Position numbers and translations under genes: made by a program. A stretch of DNA of 64,000 bases from Candidatus Multivoradales bacterium (GTDB lineage Bacteria; Acidobacteriota; Thermoanaerobaculia; Multivoradales; JAHEKO01): assembly GCA_965248055.1 (NCBI GenBank), contig CBDFIJ010000004.1:2944001-3008000 (forward strand), given 5' to 3'. How positions within the stretch are numbered: the first letter of the stretch is position 1; each line of letters starts with the position of its first letter. The notes beneath the pieces are model-generated. The model saw only the letters and a program-made list of their open reading frames with translations, searched no databases and was not told where the DNA came from. Of the stretch, positions 49,129 through 58,417 are shown one piece after another.

Positions 49129-51263
49129 GGTTGCGATTTCGGGCGGGCGATGGCGGCGATCAGATATCCGTGCGATCGCAGCCATGGCAACCGGTCGTAG
49201 GCGGCAGAGAAAGGTATCAGTAGCCAGCGGACAAGGCTAGGCAAAGCTGGGATCTTGACCTTTTCGGTGTGCAATGCGAGATCCATCATTCGTAACCAAC
49301 CAGGTTGCAACAGGATACCGTTTCGCGCTTCAACTTGCAGCCCAGCGGCTTGGCAGATTCGTCCTAACTCGCTGTGGCTGTACGACTTCTCATCTCCATA
49401 GTGGTAAAGACCGAAAGCCTGAAGAGCGCCGACCAGGACCGGGCGCAAGAACGGGTCGCGGGCATTCGGCACTCCAAGAACCACCTTGCCGTTGGAGTCG
49501 GTGACCCGGCCGATCTCTCGCACCGCCTTTTGGGTTTCGGGGAAGTGTTCGACAGTGCCCATCGAATAGACGCCATCAAAGCAGCGATCTCGATAGGGAA
49601 TAGCTCGGACATCGGCGACCAGCAAGTTTGCCTTGACCCCGAGTCGGCGAAATTCATTCCTGGCCATGATCACGGTGGGCAAGGAGATGTCAATTCCATG
49701 TACGGTGGCTCCCTGCCCTGCGAGCCACTGCAAGATACGGGTGTTGCGCGCTTCGTCCCATAAGTCGGTTTTCAGGATCGTCAGTCCCTTGGGGCTAGGG
49801 AAAAACTCGCCTAGCAGCCTCTGCTCGTCACGGCGGTAGATCTGGGTGCTGGCTGCTTGACCAAGATCCGGGAACCATTCGCCGACTTGAATCCATTGGT
49901 CGAGATAGTCGGTGGTTGATTGCCTACGACGTAGACCCCAGGCAAGCAGCGTTGGCAATGCGATGCCGATGGTGCGCAATACCAGCGGATGCAGGACGAA
50001 TCCATCGGTAGCCAGATTGCCCAACAGAATCCGTAGACCGAGACCGGTTGCTACTAGGCCGACGCTAGCAACCGCGGTGGTGATCAAGCTCCGCCCACCG
50101 ACAACCAGTGTCAGGGCGACCAACAATCCAACCATGTAAGCTGGCAGAAAACTCAGTACTCCCTGCGGGTCGCCGATCGCCAGGTCGCTAGAGGTTCCAA
50201 TTCTGCCCCGATCCCATATTTGAATCAGGGTGCCGAGGCTAGCGCTGATCGTGATCGCCCAACCGGGACCGAGGTAAGTCGCAGCACCTCGTTGGCGGCG
50301 CACACGATTAATGGCGAACACCACCAGGACAGCCAGGATAATCTGGTAAAAGGCGTGCAGTGCGGTGTAGTGCTGCGTCCCCATCAGCCCAGTCGGCAGG
50401 GCCAAAACCAGAAGCCGGCTGGCGCCCAGGGCGGAAAACAACAGAAACGCGGCGAGGGTAGCGAAAATCTTGTTTAGGTTAGATTTTACCAGCGCCCAGA
50501 CCAGCCCCAGGTAGGCCGGGATCAAGGGGGTCAGCACGCACTCCTGGGTGACCAACCAGCGGCCGTGCGGGGTGGTCAGCAAGTTGCCGTTGATCCGTGC
50601 CTCGACACCCAACCAATTCATCACTTGAGCAGAGGCCGCAGTGATCCAAAACGCCCACTGGAGAATCAGGTCACTGGAGTAGAGGGTTGGCGCCAGGGCG
50701 AAGTAGACGATCGTAGCGCTGACTACCCAGGCCATCGGACCGGCGACTTCGCGCGCGATCGGCTTGCTGCTGATCGACGCCGCGGGTTTGCGAATCCAAT
50801 ATAGAACGAAGGTTGTTGCCGCCAAAACCAGCAACAAGGGAAACAATCGCAGGTGGAGAAGGTCGAAAAGGTCGCGATTGCTGGCCACCCAGGACAAAGA
50901 TCCGATGCGCGCGGTATTCAGCCCAATCAAGAGCGCCAAAGCGAGGCCGGCGCCGGTCCAGCGTCGTTTCCAAGCCAAAGGAAAAGACAGTAGCGCTCCC
51001 AACGTCACCGCCATGACGTCGGCTCCGGTGCAGCTCAGGTCGACCACCAACGCGTCGCGCGGAGCCCCAGTCAGAGAGCAGGCAGCACCGTGTTGCAACC
51101 GAGCAAATGGAATCAATAGATGGTCCTGCACCCAGGGAATACGTACCAAGGCAAAGAGGCCGACAATCCAGGCCAGTGAGCGTGCCAGGAATAGCACCAA
51201 TCCAGGTCGCTGTGGGTGGCGAACTGGTTGCGTTGGGGTAGTGATCTCTGTCGTGCTAGCCAT
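49125..51263 (-). CDS. Tandem exosortase-like domains fused to a class I SAM-dependent methyltransferase-like domain
   Basis: Domain 1: VDLSCTG..LNTARI..LLH. Domain 2: VTQECVL..ASRL..ALH. C-terminal ILKTDLWDE, GIDIS, ADVRAIPY and FDGVYSMGTVEH. Confidence 0.8.
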   Translation of the reverse strand: MASTTEITTPTQPVRHPQRPGLVLFLARSLAWIVGLFALVRIPWVQDHLLIPFARLQHGAACSLTGAPRDALVVDLSCTGADVMAVTLGALLSFPLAWKRRWTGAGLALALLIGLNTARIGSLSWVASNRDLFDLLHLRLFPLLLVLAATTFVLYWIRKPAASISSKPIAREVAGPMAWVVSATIVYFALAPTLYSSDLILQWAFWITAASAQVMNWLGVEARINGNLLTTPHGRWLVTQECVLTPLIPAYLGLVWALVKSNLNKIFATLAAFLLFSALGASRLLVLALPTGLMGTQHYTALHAFYQIILAVLVVFAINRVRRQRGAATYLGPGWAITISASLGTLIQIWDRGRIGTSSDLAIGDPQGVLSFLPAYMVGLLVALTLVVGGRSLITTAVASVGLVATGLGLRILLGNLATDGFVLHPLVLRTIGIALPTLLAWGLRRRQSTTDYLDQWIQVGEWFPDLGQAASTQIYRRDEQRLLGEFFPSPKGLTILKTDLWDEARNTRILQWLAGQGATVHGIDISLPTVIMARNEFRRLGVKANLLVADVRAIPYRDRCFDGVYSMGTVEHFPETQKAVREIGRVTDSNGKVVLGVPNARDPFLRPVLVGALQAFGLYHYGDEKSYSHSELGRICQAAGLQVEARNGILLQPGWLRMMDLALHTEKVKIPALPSLVRWLLIPFSAAYDRLPWLRSHGYLIAAIARPKSQP

Positions 51264-51318
51264 CTGATGCGTAGGCCTCGGCTGAGAAGGTTGCATCGTC
51301 GTCGTTTAGACTGCGTCG

Positions 51319-53268
51319 GTGCTCTCAGTTGTCGTTTCTCGAAGTCTACTGCGCCAATCCCTGATGGTTGCGATCGGTTCTGTGATCTTGACCTTGGCGA
51401 TGGCCTGGCCGGTGGTGCAGCAGCCCAACGATTTGTTGTTTGGCACAGAGATCGTTGGACGGCACGCTGACGCCTATACGGTCATTCGAGGATTCGCCGA
51501 ACGTCAGCCGCTGGGCGGGTCGACCCAGCCGGTGGTCGACTGGCTTGGGGTCGGGCTGGCGTCACTCATCGGGGCTGTTGCCGCCTACAACCTACTGATC
51601 TTGATCTCGTTTCCGCTGGCTGCACTGGCGGTATTCTGGCTCGCTCGTTACCTGAAACTGGGGAAGTGGCCCGCGGCGTGGGCGGCGTTCTTGTTTGCTT
51701 TTTCCCCTCTGCACATCGCCCACGTTGCCTACCATCCGCATGTGGCCCAGGTTCAGTGGATTCCATTGGTGATTTTGGCGGTGATCGCTGCAGTCGACCG
51801 GTGGTCCCTACTGCGAGCAACCATGATGCTGGCAGTTGTGGCTTTGGCCTGCCTGTCCAATTTTTATACCGGGTTGATTCTCTTGGTGGTCCTGCCGGTG
51901 GTTGTGTGGGTTCTCAAACGATATCCAGTTGGCAGTGGAGAAGGATGGCGAAAAACCGTGTGGACCCTATGGCTGATCGCCTTGGTGGGCTCGCTTTACG
52001 TCGGGTTTTTCCACGGCACGGTGTTTCGTGATCCGGCTGCATTGGCTTTTCCAACGGCAGACGGCCAAAAGTACGCTGCCCAGCCCTGGTCCTACCTAGT
52101 GCCACCGGTGGACCATGCAGTGTTAGGCAAGATCGGCCAGACGTTTTGGCAGCGGACCACCGAGCCCGAAACCTTGGACGATGCGTTGCTGGAGCAACAG
52201 GTCTACTTGGGTTGGGTGGCGCTCACTCTGGCGGTTCTGGGGGCGTGGATCTGGCGTAAGCAACCTGGAGCATCAGCGATGCGCGCGGCGCCAGTTTTGA
52301 TCGCTATGGGTGTGATCGCGTTCTTGTTCTCGTTGGCGCCGGTGTGGTCGGTTTGGGTGCTGCAACTGCCGGGTCCGTCGTGGTTGCTGCGCGCCATGGC
52401 GCCGATGTTTCGTGCCTATGCGCGGTTTGGGTTCGTGGTTCAACTGGCGATATTTCTTCTGGCGGGACTCACCTGGACCCGATGGCGACTCCAAGGGGGG
52501 CGATGGGCCAAAGTCCCGGCGATCGTCCTTGTCTGCATCAGCGTCTTGGAGTACCTGCCGTTGCCGCCGTTGCGCTCCCATCCCTTGCGGCCCCATGCAG
52601 GCTACCGATTGTTGGCCGAAGCAGAGCCCGGATGGTCGGTCTTGGATTGCATTCTCCGGCCGCAGCTGCGCAGCTCGGTGGCACCGGTAGTCGATGGGAC
52701 TATGTATGTTGCCGACGGCGACACTTTGGATTGTGGTGAACCTGGACTGGCATCGAAGCTGGCTAGCATGGGTGTTGGATACGTAGTGGAGAACCTCGAA
52801 CGTCGCTTGGAGGATCGACCGGAGTTTCGCCTGCTCAATGAGGCGGATGGGGTTGGGATTTATGGCGTAGAGGCGGAACCGGTGCCCATCCACATTCGAC
52901 GTTGGGCCGGGTTTTCTTGGCGGGAGGGCGCGGGAGAATCTTCCATCCGCTGGGCTGGAGGCCAAGCCTCGTGGTGGCTTTCCAACCCGCGGTGGATCCC
53001 CGGGCCGGTGGAGATCGAGGTTGAGTTGGTCGCTTTTCCTGACCCGAGGGAGCTTACCGTTAAGCTCAATGGCGAAGTAATCGAGACCTTTCTCATCTCC
53101 AACCAGCGTTCCTGGTTCGTCTTGCGATTTACACCACATAGGGCGCGCAACCATCTAAATTTCATTGCCAGCGGAGATGCGATCGTGGCGGATCAGATCT
53201 TGGGCAACAGCGATCGCCGCCGGTTGGCGTTTGGGGTAGGAGGGGTTCGCTACCGTTCCGCCGACTAG
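51319..53268 (+). CDS. GT-C fold multi-TM glycosyltransferase (YfhO/PMT-like)
   Basis: Asp in the first loop (RHADAY), AYNLLIL, AFSPLH, FRAYARFG and LEYLP; about 11-13 TM helices plus a periplasmic tail. Confidence 0.75.
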   Translation: MLSVVVSRSLLRQSLMVAIGSVILTLAMAWPVVQQPNDLLFGTEIVGRHADAYTVIRGFAERQPLGGSTQPVVDWLGVGLASLIGAVAAYNLLILISFPLAALAVFWLARYLKLGKWPAAWAAFLFAFSPLHIAHVAYHPHVAQVQWIPLVILAVIAAVDRWSLLRATMMLAVVALACLSNFYTGLILLVVLPVVVWVLKRYPVGSGEGWRKTVWTLWLIALVGSLYVGFFHGTVFRDPAALAFPTADGQKYAAQPWSYLVPPVDHAVLGKIGQTFWQRTTEPETLDDALLEQQVYLGWVALTLAVLGAWIWRKQPGASAMRAAPVLIAMGVIAFLFSLAPVWSVWVLQLPGPSWLLRAMAPMFRAYARFGFVVQLAIFLLAGLTWTRWRLQGGRWAKVPAIVLVCISVLEYLPLPPLRSHPLRPHAGYRLLAEAEPGWSVLDCILRPQLRSSVAPVVDGTMYVADGDTLDCGEPGLASKLASMGVGYVVENLERRLEDRPEFRLLNEADGVGIYGVEAEPVPIHIRRWAGFSWREGAGESSIRWAGGQASWWLSNPRWIPGPVEIEVELVAFPDPRELTVKLNGEVIETFLISNQRSWFVLRFTPHRARNHLNFIASGDAIVADQILGNSDRRRLAFGVGGVRYRSAD

Positions 53269-53417
53269 TGCAGAGAGCCAGCCGCTGCAGATGGCGGTAA
53301 GAGAATCGCCAGACACTCGGAGCCCTAGCAAAGAACCCCGTCCACTCCCGCAGACGGGATTGGATAACCGAACCGGTCGACCTGACGAAGCCAGAGTCGC
53401 CCCGGAGAGGGACAGGG

Positions 53418-54986
53418 TTAGTTGTCGAACAATTGCTGCTTGCGTAGCTGTAGCGCTGTGACGGTGAGCAAGGCCAGAACCAACAGGATCATCGCCCATT
53501 CCGGTACCGTCGGGGCAACCGGGGTTGGCTGGCAGGTGGCTTCGCAGCCATCGCCGTTGATCAGGTTGCCGTCGTCGCAAACTTCACCGAGACCAGTTTG
53601 CAAGACCCCGTCACCGCAGACTTCGGGGTCACAAACACTGTTGCAGCCATCGCCGTTGTCCAGGTTGCCATCGTCGCAGGTATCTCCAGCATCTAGGGTG
53701 CCATTGCCGCATGCCTCACTCTGACAGTCAGCGTTGCAACCATCCCCTTGGGTCTGGTTACCGTCGTCGCACTGTTCATCAAGGCCAGCCTGCGTGGTGC
53801 CATCGCCGCAGGATTCCGGAACACACATATCGGAGCATCCGTCTTCGGAGACCATGTTGCCGTCATCGCATTGCTCGCCGACATCAACCGTTCCATTGCC
53901 GCACACTTCGTTCATACAGGCAGCGTTGCAGCCATCCCCGTTGGTGCTGTTTCCGTCGTCGCACTCCTCGGGGTCTTGAACTACATTGTCGCCACAAGTT
54001 TCGCTAAGGCAAAGTGCGGTACAGCCGTCGCCATCAACGTTGTTGCCGTCATCGCAAGTTTCACCGAGTCCGAGTTGGACGATGTTGTCGCCGCAGAATT
54101 CGTCAATACACTCGAAGGTGCAACCGTCACCGGAGGTGGTGTTGCCGTCATCGCATTCCTCAGCGCCGCCGTCGTTGGTGGTGCCGTCGCCGCAGAATTC
54201 GTCTACGCACATGTCGGTGCAACCGTCACCGGAGGTGGTGTTGCCGTCATCGCATTCTTCGCCTGGGTCGATGTTGCCGTCGCCGCACTGGGGTTCATCC
54301 ATGCAGAATTCGTCGCAGCCGTCGCCGGATGTGTTATTACCGTCGTCGCATTGTTCGCTAGCGTCTAGGTTGCCGTCGCCGCAGACATCAACTTCCACAG
54401 TCATAGCAGTTAGGGCGTTGCATTTCGAGCCGGTTCCAGAGGTAACCGTTGGCGCTGTGCATGCCGGAATTGTTGCTCCGTTTTGCGCCCAGGAACTGAC
54501 GATACCGAGGCTCTGACCATCCCAGTCGCAAGAAACAGTGAACGTTTGTGTTGTGGTTACCGTGGCACTACCGGTACCGTCAACGTCATCACAAGAATCG
54601 CCATCGATTTGGTCGCCATCAGGATTGATCAAGTTGCCGAAGCACTGATCTGCGGCGCTCAAATTTGTGACGTCCGAGGTCGAACTGAAGGGCATCCACA
54701 GACCGGCGTCAAATTTTTGCCCGTTGCCTGCTGGGTCAAGATTCACCGTTACCTCCAAATCGAAGGTATCAGTCGGGTTTGCACAGGTGTCTGAAGTTGT
54801 AACTGAAATGACCGCCATACTGAGGTCGTTGGCTGAGCACGAGTTGAACTCGTTTGGACACGATTGTTGCTGCGCGTAGGCAGCCGCTGGCAGTAGCCAA
54901 CTCGCGGCTACGAAACTGGCTACAAACGCCAATGTTGGTATTGGAGCCAATGCGCGACGCTTAACCGACAAACTGAAGTGGATCAC
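53418..54986 (-). CDS. Surface protein with nine Myxococcus Cys-rich (DUF4215) repeats and an IPTL-CTERM-like sorting tail
   Basis: GGAGG SD before GTG 54986; signal peptide ...AAAYA|Q; 9x CG(D/N)x..E/DxCDDGN...DGC...C; C-terminal [12 protein letters not shown]. Confidence 0.88.
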   Translation of the reverse strand: MIHFSLSVKRRALAPIPTLAFVASFVAASWLLPAAAYAQQQSCPNEFNSCSANDLSMAVISVTTSDTCANPTDTFDLEVTVNLDPAGNGQKFDAGLWMPFSSTSDVTNLSAADQCFGNLINPDGDQIDGDSCDDVDGTGSATVTTTQTFTVSCDWDGQSLGIVSSWAQNGATIPACTAPTVTSGTGSKCNALTAMTVEVDVCGDGNLDASEQCDDGNNTSGDGCDEFCMDEPQCGDGNIDPGEECDDGNTTSGDGCTDMCVDEFCGDGTTNDGGAEECDDGNTTSGDGCTFECIDEFCGDNIVQLGLGETCDDGNNVDGDGCTALCLSETCGDNVVQDPEECDDGNSTNGDGCNAACMNEVCGNGTVDVGEQCDDGNMVSEDGCSDMCVPESCGDGTTQAGLDEQCDDGNQTQGDGCNADCQSEACGNGTLDAGDTCDDGNLDNGDGCNSVCDPEVCGDGVLQTGLGEVCDDGNLINGDGCEATCQPTPVAPTVPEWAMILLVLALLTVTALQLRKQQLFDN

Positions 54987-55086
54987 TGGTGTGCCCTCCG
55001 GCCTTTGCCATTTTTGGGACCGTCTCTGAAACAAGAACTCCTCGGTCTCAAATGTCACCGAGGCGCAGAGAAAACTTATTGAGTGA

Positions 55087-55114
55087 TTTATATCACACCT
55101 TGACCGAATGTCAA
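55087..55114 (-). promoter_or_regulatory. Sigma70 promoter for the Cys-repeat surface protein
   Basis: TTGACA-16 bp-TATAAA with a TG extension. Confidence 0.6.
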
Positions 55115-55123
55115 GATTGTGTC

Positions 55124-56161
55124 CTAGATCAGTACCTTTGAGACAGTCGGCGGGAGCACGACCCCTGGGTCGAGCTTTAGAAGGTACCTTGCCGGGGGTT
55201 TTCTTTTCAAGCTCTTGTGCGGCCTGTAGGTGTTGTAGAGGTCCTGGAATCTCTGGATGTAAGGTCTCAAAGCCGAGACAGTATCGGGTAGCTCATACAT
55301 TTCATAAAACTCTCCTCTCCAGGTTTCCTGCATTCGTTCGACGGTGCCGTTGAGCTTCGGACTCTTTGGCGGCAGCACATAGAGGGTGATGCCTCTATCT
55401 CGGCAGGCTTTCTCAAATTCATCCATAAATTCACTACCACCGTCCACTTGGATCGAGGTGATGTCAAACGGACACTCGGCAATGACTTTGTCTAGAAAGC
55501 GTGCTGCACAGCGAGAAGTGGCACGTTGATAGATCTCTCCCACTGTCCACCGGCTGACCGGACAGGAGGCTGAAAAGTGTTTGAGCCACTTGCCTGGAGC
55601 AGGGACCAGATGCAGCGTGTCGATCTGCAGTCGCTCGCCAGGGCGCGTTGGTCGGGGACACCATTTCGGCAGTCGCTGAGCGTGGAGCCGGCGCATACGC
55701 CGGGAGTTTTTGTACTTCTGGCGCCGGTAGCGTACCCGGTGGATTACCCCTCGATCCATCAATTTGCGCAAGATACGCCCGACAGTGGCTTCTGATACCT
55801 CAAAGCCCTCGCCCTGGATCAGCGGCGCTAGGGTTTCCTTGCCCCAGGCAGGAAAGTCTCGACGGAGACTTTCGACTCTCTGTACCAATTCAGGTGACCA
55901 GTCAGCCTTACGCACCCGCTTGGGTCGGCTTGATATCGGTTCTAGATGTCGGGGGCCACGCTCAAGGCGTTTGCGCCAGCGGTAAAGGGTAGCTCGACTC
56001 TTGCCCAAGATCTGAGCTGCTTCTTCACCCGAGATCCCCTTGTCGCGTAGTTGCTCGAAGCTCGCAACCAAGCGCAGCCGATCACGAGCCTGAGAGCTTA
56101 AGACAACGATGTCTTCACGGTAGTACTTGTAGATACTGCGATCGAGTGCGACGATTTGCAT
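55124..56161 (-). CDS. IS481-family DDE transposase (intact)
   Basis: HTH (SRATLYRW), LQIDT, VDGGSEF, NGTVER and YNTYRPH; the stop codon lies within the IR. Confidence 0.92.
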   Translation of the reverse strand: MQIVALDRSIYKYYREDIVVLSSQARDRLRLVASFEQLRDKGISGEEAAQILGKSRATLYRWRKRLERGPRHLEPISSRPKRVRKADWSPELVQRVESLRRDFPAWGKETLAPLIQGEGFEVSEATVGRILRKLMDRGVIHRVRYRRQKYKNSRRMRRLHAQRLPKWCPRPTRPGERLQIDTLHLVPAPGKWLKHFSASCPVSRWTVGEIYQRATSRCAARFLDKVIAECPFDITSIQVDGGSEFMDEFEKACRDRGITLYVLPPKSPKLNGTVERMQETWRGEFYEMYELPDTVSALRPYIQRFQDLYNTYRPHKSLKRKPPARYLLKLDPGVVLPPTVSKVLI

Positions 56162-56230
56162 CTGGGGGCCTCCCTTCGTTTTGGGTTATTCGATAGACCC
56201 GAAGGATCTTGGCCCCCTTTTTACTTGTCA

Positions 56231-56328
56231 AGGCTGTGGATGATGATGGGCTGGTGCAAAGCCAGCTACGCTTGCCTTCCCACAGCCCTTGGAAATCTCT
56301 CACGAGATTCCCACATCCCCCACAGCCT
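56231..56328. other. Structured element in the IS leader (copy 2)
   Basis: Appears identical to 39400-39497. Confidence 0.7.
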
Positions 56329-56530
56329 CGGCGACTAACGGCGCTGTCTCACAGGTGTTTGATCTAGGTCAGTTCGTGTATGCGTCCATGACATTTGGCA
56401 CTGATCGGTATGTTCAGCTACGTATTGTAGCGGTGGTTTTTGTCCGTGGCTCCAGTGTGGCGAGCGAAGGTCGCGCTAGCTGTATTGCAGTAGTGAGGCC
56501 GAATCTTTGTAATTGTTGTAAAAACTAGGG

Positions 56531-58051
56531 TTATATCCTAGGAATCCAACGCATGGTGGTCATGATTTGACTGGCCCAAGAGGCGATTTTTGGCGATTTG
56601 AGTTGGCCCAAAATGGCGTCGTAGCCACCTCGTTTGGCGAAGCTGGTGGCGATGGTCTTCTGCTGGGTGAAGCGGGTGAGGCCGTATTCGCCGTGCCGGC
56701 GACCAAAGCCGCTGTCTTTGATTCCGCCCATCGGGGCGTCGACACAGTTGTAGACCATCAGCGTTGAATTGACTCCTACGCTTCCGGCGTTGACTTTCTC
56801 TGCCACCGCGTGCGCCGCCGATTGTGGCCCCCAAACCGAGGCGTTGAGTCCGTAGGCGGTGTCATTGGCTTGCTCTACCGCGTGCTCTAGATCGTGGTAC
56901 GGATAGACCGAGACTACCGGTCCGAAGGTCTCCTCGCGCGCCAAGACTGCTTTTTGCGGCACGTCGGTCAAGATTGTTGGTGCGAAGAAGGTCGGGCCCT
57001 GGTCTTCTAGCCTTCGCCCTCCGGTGAGGACTTGAGCTCCCTGCACGATGGCGTTGTTGACCTGTGATTCGACTTTTTGCAGATGGTCTTGGCTGATCAA
57101 GCTCCCCATGTCCGGGCGAAAGCTCTTTTCGTAGGCTACTGAAAGCTTCTCGGTGCGGGTCTTAGCTGCGTCGAGAAATTCATCGAAACGCTGGCGAGGT
57201 ATATATAGCCGTTCGATGTTGATGCAAGTCTGCCCAGAATTAAAAAAGGCACCTGGAAGAAGTCCTTCGATGGTGTTTTCGAGGTCTGCGTCCTCCAGCA
57301 CGATCGCCGGGTTCTTACCGCCGAGTTCCAGAGAACAAGGAATCAGGCGTCTGCCAGCAGCGGCAGCAACTTTGCGCCCAGTGGCGGCGCTTCCAGTAAA
57401 GGCGATGGCGTCCACTTCCTCGATCAAGGCGGCCCCCACCGGGCCCGGTCCGTGAACCACCCGAACGACCTCACTTGGGATTCCAGCTTCACGCAGGATC
57501 TCAATTGCCAGGTCGGCGCAGTGGGGGGTCAGTTCTGAGGGCTTGATCACCGCCGTGTTGCCCGCCAGCAGAGCCGGGATCGCGTCATCGACGGCCAGCA
57601 AGAAGGGGTAATTCCACGGAGTAATGAAACCGACCACCCCTAGAGGGTGGAAGGTCACCTGCGCCGAGGTCAACGTCGGCAGCGCTCCCGACCTATGTTG
57701 CGGTCGCAACATCCGGCGACCGTTCTTAAGGTAGTAGCGGCAGGTGGTCACCAAGGCTAGGAGCTCACCCAAAGCATCGCGACGTGCTTTCCCGGTCTCG
57801 TCCTGGATGCGATCCAGGATGTGGTTACGATGCGCGTGGAGTAGATCGTGGAAGCGTCGAATAACCGCGGCGCGCTGGCGAAACCCTGCTGCGTACCAAT
57901 CCTTGTGAGCCGCGCGAGCATCACCGACGGATGCCGCAACTTGTTCCTGGGTGGCGATCGATATCTTGCCGACAAACTCCCCGGTGGCTGGGTTGTAGAT
58001 TTCTAGGAAGTCGTCAGAAACGGTGGGTGCAGCCTCAACGAGAGTGGTCAT
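56531..58051 (-). CDS. NAD(P)-dependent aldehyde dehydrogenase (SSADH-like)
   Basis: TPWNYP, KPSE, FTGS, LELGGKNP, GQTC and EETFGP. Confidence 0.93.
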   Translation of the reverse strand: MTTLVEAAPTVSDDFLEIYNPATGEFVGKISIATQEQVAASVGDARAAHKDWYAAGFRQRAAVIRRFHDLLHAHRNHILDRIQDETGKARRDALGELLALVTTCRYYLKNGRRMLRPQHRSGALPTLTSAQVTFHPLGVVGFITPWNYPFLLAVDDAIPALLAGNTAVIKPSELTPHCADLAIEILREAGIPSEVVRVVHGPGPVGAALIEEVDAIAFTGSAATGRKVAAAAGRRLIPCSLELGGKNPAIVLEDADLENTIEGLLPGAFFNSGQTCINIERLYIPRQRFDEFLDAAKTRTEKLSVAYEKSFRPDMGSLISQDHLQKVESQVNNAIVQGAQVLTGGRRLEDQGPTFFAPTILTDVPQKAVLAREETFGPVVSVYPYHDLEHAVEQANDTAYGLNASVWGPQSAAHAVAEKVNAGSVGVNSTLMVYNCVDAPMGGIKDSGFGRRHGEYGLTRFTQQKTIATSFAKRGGYDAILGQLKSPKIASWASQIMTTMRWIPRI

Positions 58052-58417
58052 CGGGCCATTCTATGCCGCAGTGCGTCGTAAGTGTTTTTGCACCCGCCGC
58101 CCTGAAGACGGCAAGTGCTTTACCGACTCCAAGAGATGGCGCTCGCCTCGGCCCCGCCGCGCGCCGGATCCCTTGATGTCTTTGGTCGCCTTGCCGTGCG
58201 CTTGCGGGGACGCTTCGGGGCCGGCGGGTGCGGGATGGCGTCCTTCCGAGATAGGAAAGCAGAGATGTCAGAGCGATGCCTGCCGTTGTCTTAGCAGGTG
58301 AAGGCGATCCAGGCGTCGGTGGTGTGGGATGGCGATCTCCCGAGGAATAGGAGCCAAGCCTTGGTTTCCCCTGGGCGGTGAACCCTCGTCGGGCCAACAA
58401 GGGCGTAAACTTCGCCG

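Larger units (their letters stand above)
55120..56371 (-). mobile_element. IS481-family insertion sequence, copy 2 (1252 bp)
   Basis: Same IRs, length and orientation as 38289-39540. Confidence 0.93.

Noticed and set aside
53532-54383. CRISPR or DGR template/variable repeats
   Set aside because: The repeats are in-frame protein repeats; there is no reverse transcriptase and no adenine-specific variation.
54920-54950. Literal IPTL in the N-terminus of the Cys-repeat protein
   Set aside because: It lies in the signal peptide, lacks the xxWG continuation and is probably coincidental; the sorting-like motif is at the C-terminus.
58064-58405. Riboswitch/ncRNA or the 58035-58400 ORF in the ALDH-desaturase spacer
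   Set aside because: GC-rich hairpins are possible but I recognise no RNA motif, both flanking genes look leaderless, and the ORF is low-complexity.
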